A DNA stretch of 64,000 nt from Carcharhinus amblyrhynchos (GCA_965287045.1 OZ336874.1:49600001-49664000); one strand, 5' to 3'. Positions 33,826-46,778 are shown, counted from the stretch's first letter. Notes: generated by a model not told the origin, from the letters alone. Numbers and translations are program-made.

Positions 33826-35893
33826 TGACTTCCAGTAGTTCCACTATTGCCACGTGCAAGTGAGAGTAGGAATCGGAGGATTAGGCTGATGAATGCATGG
33901 CTTGAGAGCTGGTGCAGGGAGCAGGGATTTAGATTTTTGGATCATTGGGATCTTCTCTGGGGAAGGGCTGATCTGTTCAAGAGGGATGGATTACATTTGA
34001 ACTGGAGAGGGAGTAACATCCTGGCAGGGAGATTTGCTAGAGCCACTCGAGAGAGCTTAAACTAGTTTGGCAGGGGGGCTGGGATCCAAAGCAGTAGGGA
34101 GACAGAAGAGAAGTTTCAGGACAGCACAGAAGTTAAAGGGAGCACATAAATTAGTAAAGGCAGTGTCAGTAATCCTAGTACCAGACAGATCAGACAGAAA
34201 CAAGACTGAGAGCAAAGGAAGTCCAAATTAAATTGCATTTATTTCAATGCAAGAGGCCTGACGGGCAAGACAGATGAACTCAGGGTATTGATGGATTTGT
34301 GGGACTGGGATATTATAGCAATTACTGAAACATGGCTAAGGGAGGAGAAGGACTGGCAGCTCAATGTTCCAGGGTACCGATGCTATAGGAAAGATAGAAC
34401 AGGAGGTAAGAGAGGAAGGGGAGTTGCACTTTTGATTAGGGAAAGCATCACAGTCATACTGAGAGGGGAGATATCGGAGGGTTCGGCCACTGAGTCTATA
34501 TGGGTAGAACTGAGAAATGAGGGGGGAAATCACTTGATAGTTTGTACTGTAGGCCCACAAATAGTCAGGGAGAATTGAGGAGCAAATGGTATAAGGAGAT
34601 TACAGATAGCTCCAAGAAAGATAGGATGGTAATAGTCAGAGATTTTAATTTTCTCAATATTGACTGGGACAGCTATGGTATTAGAGGGTTGGATGGAGAG
34701 AAATTTGTTGAGTGTATTCAGGAGAAATTTCTCATTCAGTATGTGGATGGCCTGACTAGAAAGGGGCAAACTTGACCTCCTCTTGGGAAATAAGGAAGGG
34801 CAGGTGACAGAAGTGTTAGTGAAGGATCACTTTGGGACCTGTGACCATAATTCTATTAGTTTTAAGATATCTTAAAACTAATGATAGGTCTGTCCCAAAA
34901 GTTAAAATTCTAAATTGGGGCAAGGCCAATTTTGATGGCATCAGGCAGGAACTTTCAAAAGTTAATCGGGGGAGTCTGTGGGAAGGCAAAGGGACGTCTG
35001 GCAAGTGGCACACTTTCAAAAGCGTGTTAACCAGGGTTCAGGGTAAATACATTCCTTTTAGAGAGAAGGGCAAGGCTGGCAGAAGTCGGGAACCCTGGAT
35101 TACTTGGGATATTGAGGCCCTGGTCAAGAAGAAGAAAGAGGCACATGAAGTGCATAGGCAACTGGGATCAGGTGAGTAGTATACGGAGTGTAGGAGTTGA
35201 GTTAAGAGAGAAATCAGAAGGGCAAAAGGGGACACAAAATTTGTTTTGGCAGATGAGGCAAAGGAGAATCCAAAGAGCTTCTACAAATACATAAAGGGCA
35301 AAAGAGTAACAAGGGAGAGAGTAGGGCCTGTTAAGGATAACAAGGTAATCTATGTGCAGATCCACAAGAGATGGGTGAGATCCTAAATGAATATTTCTCA
35401 TCACTGTTTACTATTGAGAAAAGCATGCATGTTAAGGAACTTGAGGAAATAAATAGTGATGTCTTGAGGAATATACATATTATAGAGAAGGAGGTGCTGG
35501 AATTCTTAAAGCGCATCAAGGTAGATAAATCCCTGGGACCTGATGAAGTGTATCCCAGGATGTCGTGGGAGGCTAGGGAGGAAATTACAGGTCCCCTAGC
35601 CGAGATATTTGAATCATCGATAGTCATGGGTAAGGCGCCTGAAGATTGGAGAGTGGTAAATGTTGTGCCTTTGTTTCAGAAGGGCTGCAGGGAGAAGCCT
35701 GGGAACTACAGGCCAGTAAGTCTCACATCTATGGTGGGTAAATTGTTGGAAGTGTTGAGTATGATGGGTATAGAGGGATATGGGCCAAATGCAGGCAATT
35801 GAGATTAGCTTAGGGGTTTTAAAAAAAAATAAGGGTGGCATGGACAAGTTGGGTTGAAAGGCCTGTTTCCATGCTGTAAACCTCTATGACTCT
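33826..35893 (+). mobile_element. CR1 LINE with ORF1 SGNH-esterase end and ORF2 APE endonuclease. RT core deleted, 3' tail retained.
   Basis: NAWLESWCREQGFRFLDHW...DGLHLN (ORF1). YFNARGL, DIIAITETWL, DFNFLNIDW and PGNYRPVSLTS (ORF2). The sequence jumps at ~35752 to GIEGYGPNAG and the tail. Confidence 0.92.
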
Positions 35894-36349
35894 GAGATCA
35901 GTCAAAATACCTGGATTTGCTTGGGAGCAGTGATGTGTTTTGGCAAGATATTCATATGCAAGGGAAAGTCTAATCTTGTGCTCACTGACAACTACATGAT
36001 CCAGGTAGGTATTACTGGATAGTGATCAGAAATGGGATTAGCTGAGTTGCTCTTGCAGACAGCTGGCATTAACACAATAGGCCAAATGGCCTCCTTAAAT
36101 GCCAGAACCATTCTATAATTTTCAGTTCTATTCAAGCATCATCGCTAGTGCCCATTAACCTATACTGGCTCCTGGTTAAGCAATGCCATGATTCTTAAAG
36201 TTCTTATCTTGGTTTTCATGTTCCTCCATGGCCTTGCCTGTCCCTACCACTGTTGTCTCTCTTTCTCTCTTCTCTGCTCCCCCTCCACCACCATCACAAA
36301 GCCTCAAAACTCTGAGATAACTAACTTCTCCAGTTTTGAGCTCTTGCAT

Positions 36350-36596
36350 CTTACATTACATTGCAATGAAGTTATTGTGAAAATCCCCTAGTTGCCACAC
36401 TCCGGCGACTGTTCGGATACACTGAGGGAGAATTTAGCGTGGCCAATTCACCTAACCAGCATGGCTTTTGGACTGTGGGAGAAAACCAGAGCACCCGGTT
36501 GTAACCCACACATAAACAGGGAACACATGCAGAGTCCGCACAGACAGCAACCCAAGCCAGGGATTGAACCCGGGTTCCTGGTGCTATGAGGCAACA
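36350..36596 (-). mobile_element. HE1/V-SINE-like SINE
   Basis: gtgaaatcccctagttgccacactccggc...ggattgaacccgggttcctggtgctatgaggc. Confidence 0.8.
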
Positions 36597-39099
36597 CTCT
36601 GCCTCCTATAAACTTACACTGAGCTCTAGAATCCACCCCACCATAACCTCTGTCACTTCCTCCATTACTTCCTTTTAATACACTCTTAAAAACATGCCTC
36701 TCTGGCCAAACATCTTCGCTAATATCATCTTATGTGGTTTGATGTTACATTTTGCTTCATAATGCTCCTATAAAGCATCTTGGGGCATTTTGTTAAACTG
36801 AAGACACACTGAATTCTGAACAAACTAAATTGTGATTTCTCGTACCAATTTGTACCTCGTTCTTCTTGATCTATAGATGTGGGCTGCTCACTCCAGTGAG
36901 ATTCTCAGGTCCCAGTGCAGTGAACAGATTTGGCTGAGTGCCAAATTCTCTGTCCCTACTTGCAGCGGTGCTGGGGCATGCATGACGAATTCTGGCTGTG
37001 GTTCAACTTAAAAATTAAGATGTGTGGGTTAGATGGATTGGCCATGCTAAATTGCCCCATACTGTCAGGGGTTCCAGATAGGGTAAATGCATGGCATTAT
37101 GAGGATAGGGCCTGGGTACGCTGTAGTTAGTGTGGACTCGATGAGCCAAATGGCCTCCTTCTGCACTGTAGGACTGTATGAAATAAAATTCATGCAGAAT
37201 AATGTAACCCCATTCACTGTAACAGCCTCAGGAAATATAATTTCTCATATCTTATGCATGTTGAACAAAATGTTGCTGCAACAATACAAATGAACCATCA
37301 CTCATTTTGCTGGCGCAACTTGAAAGACTTCAACAGTCAAAATATTCCCCCATCTCAGGCTCAATTCTCTCATCACAAACCGTAATTTTTCAGGTGGTCC
37401 TGCTGCCATTCTGCATTTGGAGGAGGGGGGTTGGTGTGGGTCCTGCTGCTACTTTGCATCGGCTGAAGGGAGGCCAGCAATCAGGGCGGTGTGGGAGGGG
37501 GTCTGCTGGGGGGAGTTGGGGGATTGCCAATACTGGGAGGGGGGAGTGGATGTGCTGGACATCAGGGCAGGAGGGTGGGACAGGGCTGGCCTGGAAATTG
37601 TCATGGGAGCTGTGGTTGGGGGGGGAGGAGGGTGGGGGGGTGTGGAGAGCTGGAGGATCAGCACTGTGGGGTCCCAGGCTGGCCAGGAAATGGGGAGACT
37701 AATAGAAGGGACCACTGCGCATATGCAGAGTTCCACAACTGTCAGACTCTGGCGTGAATAGGCCCCAACCCACCAAGTTTTTAATGAGATTCCCGATTTG
37801 TGACCTGTGCATTGCACAGAGTCGGGAGATTTGGATGAGAAGCTGCACCAAAAAAATAGTCGTGATCTAGAACAATATTCCCACCAATTCAGCACTTTTG
37901 GGAAAATCACCCCCCTAATTTCTACTGTGGTCAGACTTTGAGAGATTGCAGTATCAGCCGTGCAAAAGAGTTGTTGCAAAGTGGGACAGTGGAACTATGT
38001 TATGTTTATCCCCAATACACAGAATAATTTTTCTTTTCTCATTTGTGTTAGGCATGTTTCCCAAATGTTGCATTATAGGAAAACTTCTACAGTGCATGTG
38101 TTCAGATGGTTTCTTAACCTATTATTTGCCAAAATGTACCATGTCCAAGGGTTTTCGGGATTGTGCGCTCTTACTAAAAATCACAATTGGTAATTTGGCC
38201 AAATATACTGTTTTAAAAGTTTCTACAAATTGAGATAAAATGTTTCCTTCAAAGCCACATTGTTATACTATGTTACAGGTATGTTGTTTGCTGTGTTTCG
38301 GCTCTTGGTAGTCCTAACTTTAAATCAGCAGTCTTATCTGTTTCCACAAGAATGTACAGTAACAACAGATCCCTGACCTTTTGTGTAGTCTAGCATGCCT
38401 TGGGCTATTGTTTTAGAGTAATCGTTTGAGTGTGGGTGACTAAGGGAGATATACCAGGTGGTGCTTTGGGTCTGGAATCAGCCAGAGAATTGACAGTGTG
38501 CAGGTATTGTTGCAAACAAAGCACCCTCTGTCTTTTTTTTATAATTATTACTTGAAAAATTGGATGACATTGCCTCCTTTTGGCAAGCAACCCAGCCACT
38601 GTGCCAACTGTAATTCACTGCTCTTACTTGTAGCTCTGCTTGAGTTATTTTTCTGTTTTTTTTTGCTTGACCTAGTTTTAACTACAGTCTGAATTTACCT
38701 TCTGGGTACTTATGAGCAATATCTTGGAAAAATGCCAGTAGGAGTAAAGCATTGGACAATGTCCTGCACAGATTCTTACATTGTCAAATAATTTAACATT
38801 TTTCTCAAGCACATGGGGATGATTCTCTGGGATTACTAACTCCAGTCGTGATTCCCAATGGTCCATTGCGTCGGGCAAGAAGGCCAGATTGGGATTCTCG
38901 CGGGGCGTCAAGCCCCCATTGTGAGTCTCCCAGCCCACTGTGTCGGGCAAGATCAGATCATGTCCGGAGAACTAATCAGAACTAATTTAAATGCATTTAG
39001 CTAATCCTGCGCATCTACATGGTACCCTGGGTAGGTTACGTCAGTGGCTTAAAAAGTACATTTCTGCTTCTTCAGGCAGACCTCTCCTCTTGAAATCTC

Positions 39100-41310
39100 T
39101 TCAGTACCTCCTGTATGTTTGCTGGATGCTTAGCTTCTGTCGATCCAGTTATGAGAATATCTTCAAGGTGTATCACAACTTTTGGCAGCCCCTGCAGTAG
39201 ACCCTCGATTTCCTCTGGATAATTGCATAAAACACATCAAAAGGCAGGCACTTCTATTGGAACAACCTTTTTTGTGTGTTTATCATGACAAAGCCCCTGG
39301 AAGCATCATCTAACTCAAGTTACTGATATATGTGACTCATATATCTAGCTTTGTATGAGATTGACCTCCAGCCAGCTTTGCATATAGGCATTCAATCTTC
39401 AGGATTGGATGTTTATCCAATGTGGCAACCCCATTAACAGTTGACTTGTAATCACCTTCAATGTAGATGGTCTAGTCTGGTTTCAATACGAGAACTATAG
39501 GTGCTGCTAATTCTGAGAATTGAACTGGCTAGATAATGCCCAATTCTTCCAATTGCTTTGATTCAATACCTATATTCTCTCATAAAGCTTATGGTATTTA
39601 TCTTTTCCCTAAAGAATTGAGGGGTCACCTCTTGATCCATGTAGATTTTCACCTGCAGGCCTTTTATTTTGCCTGATTTAACCTTGAAGATGCTCTTGTA
39701 TTTCTTCTTGAGTTCAAGCAGACCGCCTTCCCGCACTTGAAAAATCTCAGTCCCATTTAACTTGATTTCCTTCAGTTAATTATGGTCAAGAAAGCTTGGC
39801 CCTTTGCCTGTCTTTAAGATCATTGAGTGTTGGGCAGACTATTGCCCATAGCTTGCTGTACCATTGCAATACCCACTTTTTTGTTTATAGCTTCTTGAGT
39901 ATAAGTTGTTAACTTGATCGCAGTACTCTTCAAAATCAATGGTTGAGCTCATCCTCTTAAGTACCGAAATGCATGCTCACCTAAGACAGTAGCTGATGCC
40001 CTGTATCAACTTGCATCTTAAGAGGCTTGCCCTTTACCCAGAACATTACAGTAATGGGGGCTATCTTGCCCATTCTTTTATTAAACAGTGATTGAATATT
40101 TAAATCGTTGGTGGTAGACTCTTCCGCACTGTATTCAGGTGATGCATTATTTAATCGACTACTTGGTAGACTTGGCTCTGCACCCATGTCTTAAGTGGTC
40201 CCACCTATTACAAAAAACACTCAGCTTCCTTATAATCGCAGGATTCAGAGGAATTGTTACCTCCACATCGATAACATTCCACTTCAGATTTGATTGCCTC
40301 TCCTACATCTCTTCTTTGTGGCTGAACTCATTTTCTGCTTTGCGACTATTTCTTTGGTTTTGGTGGCATTGCTGACTGCAAGTTTCTGGCCTAACTGGTA
40401 AATGGTGCCATTTTACATACTCTGTAACTCTTGTGCTCTGTTTATTTTTCTAGTGTTTTCCATTGTCAGCATTATCCACAGTTTTCATTTAAAATTTAAT
40501 TCGACTTCTGCAAGCAATCTCCATTGAATTGTCTCATTATTCACCCTGCAGACTAATCTGTCCCATATTGTATCATTCGATGTTTCTCCCAAATTGTAAT
40601 GGTCCAATATCTGTTTCACTTTAGTGATGTAAGTCCCAATCATTTAACCTGGGCTCTCCATTATTGAACTAAAATATAATCTCTGGAGTATGACTGGTTT
40701 AGGCTGGAAATGTGACTTCACTAGTTCCACAAGATCATTGAATGATTTGAAATTGGCCACACTTGAGACTGTGAATCAGGTGATAAGATTAGGTTCCATA
40801 TGCAGTCAGGAAAATTGCCTTGCACTGGGCTTCCTCCCCTATTTTGCTCACTTGGAAGTAATATCTAAGGCATTCTACGTATTTTGTCCAGTTTTCTGTT
40901 GAAGAATCAAATGGATCTAGCTATCAAAAGAGGACATCTTGATAAGTACTCTTTTCCTTTCTCAACCTCAATGTAAACTGCATACTCACAGTCTGAGGTT
41001 TTTTTTATATTTTCATCACCAAATGTAAAGATGCTTATTTACCAGCTTAGGAAAAACATAACTCATTTATTTGCAGGTTAAAACAACACAGAGACTTACA
41101 GCTTCATGGCTGCAATCAGCTCCCGAGATGACTGAGTGCAGAATCCGACGGATGCTGGGGCTGTTTCCCCACCCTGCTCCCGGATTGGTTCTGAGTCATG
41201 TGACCCTTGCTCTATGGTTTGATCTTTTAAAGCAGCGGTCTCCAAACTATGGGCCGCATCCGGATCGGAGTTTGGAGACTGCTGCTTTAAAGGGATAATT
41301 GCCACCATCT
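39100..41310 (-). mobile_element. Decayed Gypsy element: 5' LTR (~41024-41310), PBS, gag, protease and start of RT
   Basis: The LTR ends ...ctttaca and is followed by PBS-like tggtgatga (41013-41021). Peptide PITVMFWVKGKPLKMQVDTG (aspartic protease). gag-like drlvcrvnne remnants. Confidence 0.8.
41233..41284. mobile_element. 52-bp non-autonomous hAT (Charlie-like) mini-element
   Basis: 16-bp TIRs cagcggtctccaaact / agtttggagactgctg (15/16). 8-bp TSD ttttaaag / ctttaaag (7/8). Confidence 0.75.
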
Positions 41311-42554
41311 GCAATGGACCTGGCATCCAACTTTTTCGGGCTTGGAGATAAAATTGAGAGTTCAGAAAAACGGTTAAATCTGCAGATGGAAATGGAGTAG
41401 GTTCTGCATGTGGTAGCTCTGCCCCAATTCCTGTTACTAGCTAATTTAATCAGTGCAGCAAAAGGGGCAGTTGCAAGCCCTCACACGCTTCCACCCTTGC
41501 TGGCTCCAATGCAGATTTTAGATCCCCTGCAATTTTCATGGAATTAGGCCAGCTTCAGAAATTGACATGGTTTAAAACAGCTCCAGGATGTCAGGAATCT
41601 TGGGGATAACCAAGTTCAAAATCAGGAACCTTTTTGATGGGTAGGCTTTAAAAGTTTTGACAACTTCACATGTCATAATGCCGCATAGTCAAATAACTTT
41701 TTTTAATATCATTAATGAAAGGCCTTTGTTCTTGAAATATACAACATCTGTTCCCCTTAATTTATATTTGAACACATGGTTGAGCTCTTTGAGTGACAGT
41801 TCAGACACCCATTCCTCTACTTTTTAAGCTTGAACAGATGGCTGAGCTCATTCAATGGCTTCAAAGGATTTAATGTATTCCATTTTGGAGGCTTTAGTTG
41901 TTCAGCTCTGCAATGGAATATCATTGAATGCTTGGCTGAATTTCAAACACTATTATTGGAGTCAGCTCAGCAGAGGGTTTTGGCACAGTTGTTGTTTAGC
42001 TTGTAGTTTTATTACAATTGAAGAAGATTATGATTTTTCAGAGTGTTTGCTTATCTTGACTGAATTGTGAGCACCTCAAAGACTTCCTGATATTATAGAG
42101 CTCAAGGAATTCTGTACATAGTGGATACTAGCTGAGTTGCATGACGGTGATGGGGTATGGAACCGTGTGAGCAGGCATGGTGCTGAGGGGTGGGTGAGAG
42201 ATTATGATGTGTTGCACTCATCTAGCTAACTATCATTATAGCCCAATGAATGTAGGGTGGGGGTGCTTTCTAACATGTCCATGTTGGTATTTGCCCAGCT
42301 CTGTGCTCCTTAGGGAGGCCATGGCCCCAAACTTTATCCTGGCCCCCAATTATACAGCAGAAGAATACAATGGATAAGAATGACCAGTCAGGAGATAGGA
42401 TTGAGTCCCAATTCCTGCCTCAAAAGGGGAAGATCCTGCACAAGGTATCTTGCAGATGGGCTGATTACAACGGAATTGAATTCCCACTCTGAAGCTCAAA
42501 GGTAGCTCCATTATGGCACAATATGGGATCAACTTTCAGTCCAGAGACTTGGAA

Positions 42555-43030
42555 TGGTAGCATTGTAATAATTTTAAGAGATTGGTAATCGAAGGCATGG
42601 ACTAATTCTGCTGAGACACAAACTCAAATTCCATTTTAGGCATAGTGGTAATTTAAATTCAATTAATTTATAAATCTGGAATAAAATGCTAATCTTGTTA
42701 ATAAGCATGAAGCTACTAGATTATCAAAAAACTATCTGGTTCATTAATGCCCCTCAGGAGAAGAAATAAGTCATCCATACCTATCTGGCTGACACTTGAC
42801 TCCAGATCCACAGCAATGTAGTTGACTTTTAACTTTTCTCTGAAAAGGCCGAGTAAATCATTAAGTTGGATTAAACTGTTACAGGAAAGAAAATGCCAGG
42901 GTAGATGTACACCACGTGGATTGTAACAAGTCCAGTTGGTTGGCTCAGCACTATCTTTTCCAAGTCAATTTGAAAGGGGAAATAAATGTATTGTTTTGGC
43001 AGCAACCTTCACATCCCAAGGTTTTTTTTT
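42555..43030 (+). mobile_element. Old SINE ending in the tail of the LINE family at 54845
   Basis: Tail caccacgtggattgtaac...aaataaatg...cacatcccaag is complementary to 54860-54965. Confidence 0.5.
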
Positions 43031-43044
43031 AATACATAATTTTG

Positions 43045-43395
43045 GCTGATGCACAATGCTGGGGGAGTGCTATACTATTGGATATGCTGTTTTTCACATG
43101 AGACTTTAACTGAGGTCCTGTCTGCCCCCTCAAGTAGACTTTAAAAAAGAAATCACATGGTACTAATCAAAGAAGAGTAGTGGAGTTCTCCCGATGCTTT
43201 AATCAACATTTATCCTCAACCAAGAACTAAAACTGATATTATTTAATGGGAATTTGCTGTGCAAAAGATTAGCTGCTGTGTCCTACATTACAACTATGAT
43301 GATGTTTCAATGGTACTTCATTGGCTAAAGAGCAATTTGAAGATGTTCTGAAGCTGTGAAAGGTGCTATATTAATGAACGTCAGTTGGTCTTTTG
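43045..43395 (+). mobile_element. DeuSINE (Deu domain, SacSINE1/AmnSINE1-like)
   Basis: atgagactttaactgaggtcctgtctgccc...gaagagtagtggagttctccc...atttatcctcaacc...ctacattacaac...gtacttcattggct...gtgaaaggtgctatatta follows the Deu consensus as recalled. Confidence 0.7.
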
Positions 43396-43997
43396 CTTTT
43401 ACTCCTGCTTGTTCACTTTTTGACAAAGTTTTGAAAAGCCCAGAAAGTGAAATAAAAGTAGATTTCTGCAACTCTTCCTCTGAATTTGCAGCAGGCAGGC
43501 AAACCTCTGCAGAATTTCATCCCCATATATGTTCAGGTCAAGACTTTAACCCATGGGTTTTTTTTTTGCTATGTATAGGTAACAGATCATTCAAAATAAT
43601 TGAATTTTATCAAGGAGTCAGATCATTCCATTTAGTTCCAGTCATACTATATGATTAACAGCCTAAAGAATTCTTTAAAGTAATCTTCGTTGAAGATTTT
43701 GAGTTAGCTTTATGAGAGAGGTAGGACCAAAAGTCTTTTGTATGATGACTTTGTAAGCAGGAGCTAAAGGCCCCAGATTTATATTTGGTTATCTACACTT
43801 CCTAGCCGGTCCGAAGTTAACTGGTAAGTCATCTGGGGAGAACTCTTGTCGTTAATGTTCCTTGCAAACTGCTTGACCATTCATCTTGAAAATCCCTGTG
43901 AAGGCCATAGACAAAGCAACCCCTTTGAGTTATTGTGTGGTAGCTGTCAAAAAAGTGCAAGTGATTGTGCACTTAAATCCCTTAAAATAAATTGTAG

Positions 43998-44415
43998 GAA
44001 CGTTGTCTGTGGTAACGAGTAACCATATATCCAAAGCCAGACTATATTTTGCAGCTCCCAAAAATCCAAAGCCCTCTGGTGCATTCCAGGTGCAAATGGA
44101 ACAGGAATACAACAGCAAATTAGGCTGGGATCCAAAGAAACCAGATCCCAATCTACACCCAATTGAGCCACATCAAATGTACAGCGTTCCTCTTAATGAA
44201 GCAGGTAGTGAGGATGTGAATTGCTTCTGTTTTCACCTGCCTACTATCCTGGTAGTGTATAAAAGTCCTGGGAAGATATTTTCACCAGATGCTTATTCCA
44301 ATTTTCAAGTGGTTCTCAAATTTCAAATGGGCCGAGCACTGTCTGAAACAGGCAAGGGTCAATTAAATATTTTTAAACAAGAGTCTTATGACTATGGATG
44401 CAGGAGGCAACACAG
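43998..44415 (+). CDS. Candidate coding exon of an unidentified gene (possibly two exons, 43998-44204 and 44289-44415)
   Basis: An open frame of about 138 codons in AT-rich unique DNA (TLSVVTSNHISKARLYFAAPKNPKPSGAFQVQMEQEYNSKLGWDPKKPDPNLHPIEPHQ...YDYGCRRQHR). It begins at tgtag|G and ends exactly at consensus donor CAG|gtaaga. No family recognised. Confidence 0.5.
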
Positions 44416-44524
44416 GTAAGAAAATGGTGCAAGTATTATTGAATTGTCTGTAACAGATCAAATCATAAAGTGCAGCTCTTCTGGGTGAAGTCTCAAGTTT
44501 TGGGTTGCGGCATCGAGAAGACCG

Positions 44525-44806
44525 CAGAATCTGTACAGTGCAGAAGGAGGTTATTCAGCTCAATAAGTGTTCATTGACTCTGACTCTGAAACAGTATCTT
44601 ACCCAGGCCCGTCCCATGCATTTGCTGTGGCCAATCCACCTAACCTGCACATCCTCAGACTGTGGGATTAAACCAAAGCACCTGAAGCAAACCAACTCAG
44701 ACAAAGGGAGAACTTGCAAACTTGACACAGTTACCCAAGGCTGGAATTGAACCCAGGTCCCTGTGTTGTGAGGCAGCAGTACTAACCATTGTACTACAGT
44801 GCCACC
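44525..44806 (-). mobile_element. HE1 SINE
   Basis: ggaattgaacccaggtccctgtgttgtgaggcagcagtactaaccattgtac head and CR1-type tail. Confidence 0.85.
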
Positions 44807-44984
44807 CTTTTGCGAAGAGCGGTAGGAGTAGCGTACAGCTGCACCTTTCCATTGTTTTTTTTCTCTGTTTTCTCTCATTCCTGTTGTGTTCACACTTGAC
44901 CTATAGGGAGTGACTTCGTGAGCCTTCAGTGGAAGAGTTGTGAAGATGTGTGGGTTAGTCCAGCATAGTGAACATGCTCGGAGG

Positions 44985-45507
44985 AAGAACATAAGAACAT
45001 AAGAACATAAGAAATAGGAGCAGGAGTAGGCCATCTAGCCCTTCGAGCCTGCCCCGCCATTCAATAAGATCATGGCTGATCTGTTGTGGCTCAGTTCCAC
45101 TTTCCCGCCCTCTCCCCATAACCCTTAATCCCCTCTCTTATCAAGAACCCATCAACCCGCTTCTTAAAAATATTTAGCGAGGCAGCCTCCACCACTTCAA
45201 TGGGCAGAGAATTCCAGAGATTCACCACCCTTTGAGTGAAGAAGTTCCTCCTCAACTCCGTTCTAAACCGCCTCCCCTTTATCTTGAGGCTGTGCCCCCT
45301 AGTCCTACTGTCTTTTTTGAGCGGGAAGAGTCTCTCCACCTCTATCCTATCCATCCCATTCATCATCTTATACGTCTCAATGAGATCTCCCCTCATTCTT
45401 CTAAACTCTAACGAGTACAAGCCTAGTTTATTCAGCCTCTCCTCATAGCTCAATCCCCTCAACTCCGGTATCAGCCTAGTAAACCTCCTCTGCACTCCCT
45501 CCAGGGC
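44985..45507 (-). mobile_element. Very young 5'-truncated CR1
   Basis: Uninterrupted ORF2 C-terminus and (aagaacat)3 tail. Essentially identical to 51348-51865. Confidence 0.95.
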
Positions 45508-46688
45508 AGCAAACGTTTTGAAGAGGGGGAAACTGTTAGGTGAAAGGAACTGTAAACTGCCTGAAGTATCATAAAACTTTGTAACAATATGAGAATCAAT
45601 TTAAACCCAACAAAATAAAAGCAGAACATTGCAGAAGGTGTTGAGTGTGAAGGAGTGTCTTGCTGTGTTTGGAGGAGACGTCTATATGTTGCAGTGGAGA
45701 GACAGATTGGTATTGCTGGAGGGGACTTGTGCTGCTGGGCTGTACGTGAGACGTAAAGAAGTGTCAATCTTTAGCATTTCTGGTAAGGCAATCTTACCTT
45801 TTTGCAGCAATCCAGCCAGGCCTTGGAAATGAAGCAGCTGGTACTAATTCATTCATCTGCCTCCTTTCTTCCATGCTGCCTTATATATTATGATAGCCAC
45901 GTGCTGCCTGAGGAAAAACCAAAAGTACTTGCCAAAATTGGGTGCCTTGGCTGCTAACATGATGCCTCCTGCCCAACTACATGCTTTCCACACACTAGCA
46001 CTGAAAGCTACAACTTTACTTTAGGAAAGGCAGGCCGGCGTTAAGATGTAGCAAGCCCTTTGAGTTGCCGGCCCTCCCGAAAGGTGAGCTGCCTCTAAGT
46101 ATTGCGATTAGCACTGGCAGTTCACCTTGCCCAAATTTAAATAAGGCATCATCACCAAACATAATCAACCATCTCACCAAGGTCATTTACATAGTGGAGC
46201 AGATATCCTCCACCCAATCTGTGTCCAAAATGATAACCATACTTATCATATTTATTGTTTAGGGAAGTGACCAACATCATTCTGTACTGATAGTTACAGA
46301 TGATCTGGAGTGGTGACAATCACAGCTGACAGATGTTTGCAGCCTATAGGCCATTGATACAAGTATGTTTAAAAGTACACATTTCTGGGCTTAAGTGCAA
46401 TGAGTCATTAATAGTGATGAACTTTTCATCTTGAGCAGAATTCCAAGTCTGATTGTAATGAGGTAAGAATGCTACCAACTATGTTGACTGACATTTCAAT
46501 AAAAAGAACTGAAGATGAAATCATAATGTAGAACAGCAACATTTTAATTAGTTGCTTGTCTATCCAGTGCAGATCTTAATGTTAACACTGTATGAAGCGG
46601 TGATTATGAATCAGGACATAAATGTGTGACATTTTTGCAACCTCCTGTAATTATTTATGCATATATCATTCGTATCTCAATGCTGTAG

Positions 46689-46778
46689 GCAGGCTGTGAC
46701 ATTTTCACATTTGGATGATGAGAAATCCTTCAAGAAACCAAGCATTAATAGTGACAGTACGTCAAACTGAAGTCAGAG
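46689..46778 (+). other. Candidate exon (ends at 46756 or 46778)
   Basis: tgctgtag|G acceptor, in phase with the 44415 donor (QAVTFSHLDDEKSFKKPSINSD). Donors ACA|gtacgt or GAG|gttagt, the latter including a TGA. Confidence 0.3.

Noticed and set aside
37307-37979. Several 90-176 aa ORFs
   Set aside because: They arise from the G-rich low-complexity core of a probable non-autonomous transposon.
43975-43997. U12-type branch point (tcccttaaa) before the 43998 acceptor
   Set aside because: Imperfect match, and no upstream U12 donor (RTATCCT) at a candidate exon end.
31408-46778. In-frame TGA codons as selenocysteine
   Set aside because: No redox-motif context and no SECIS seen. TAA and TAG stops also occur in similar segments.
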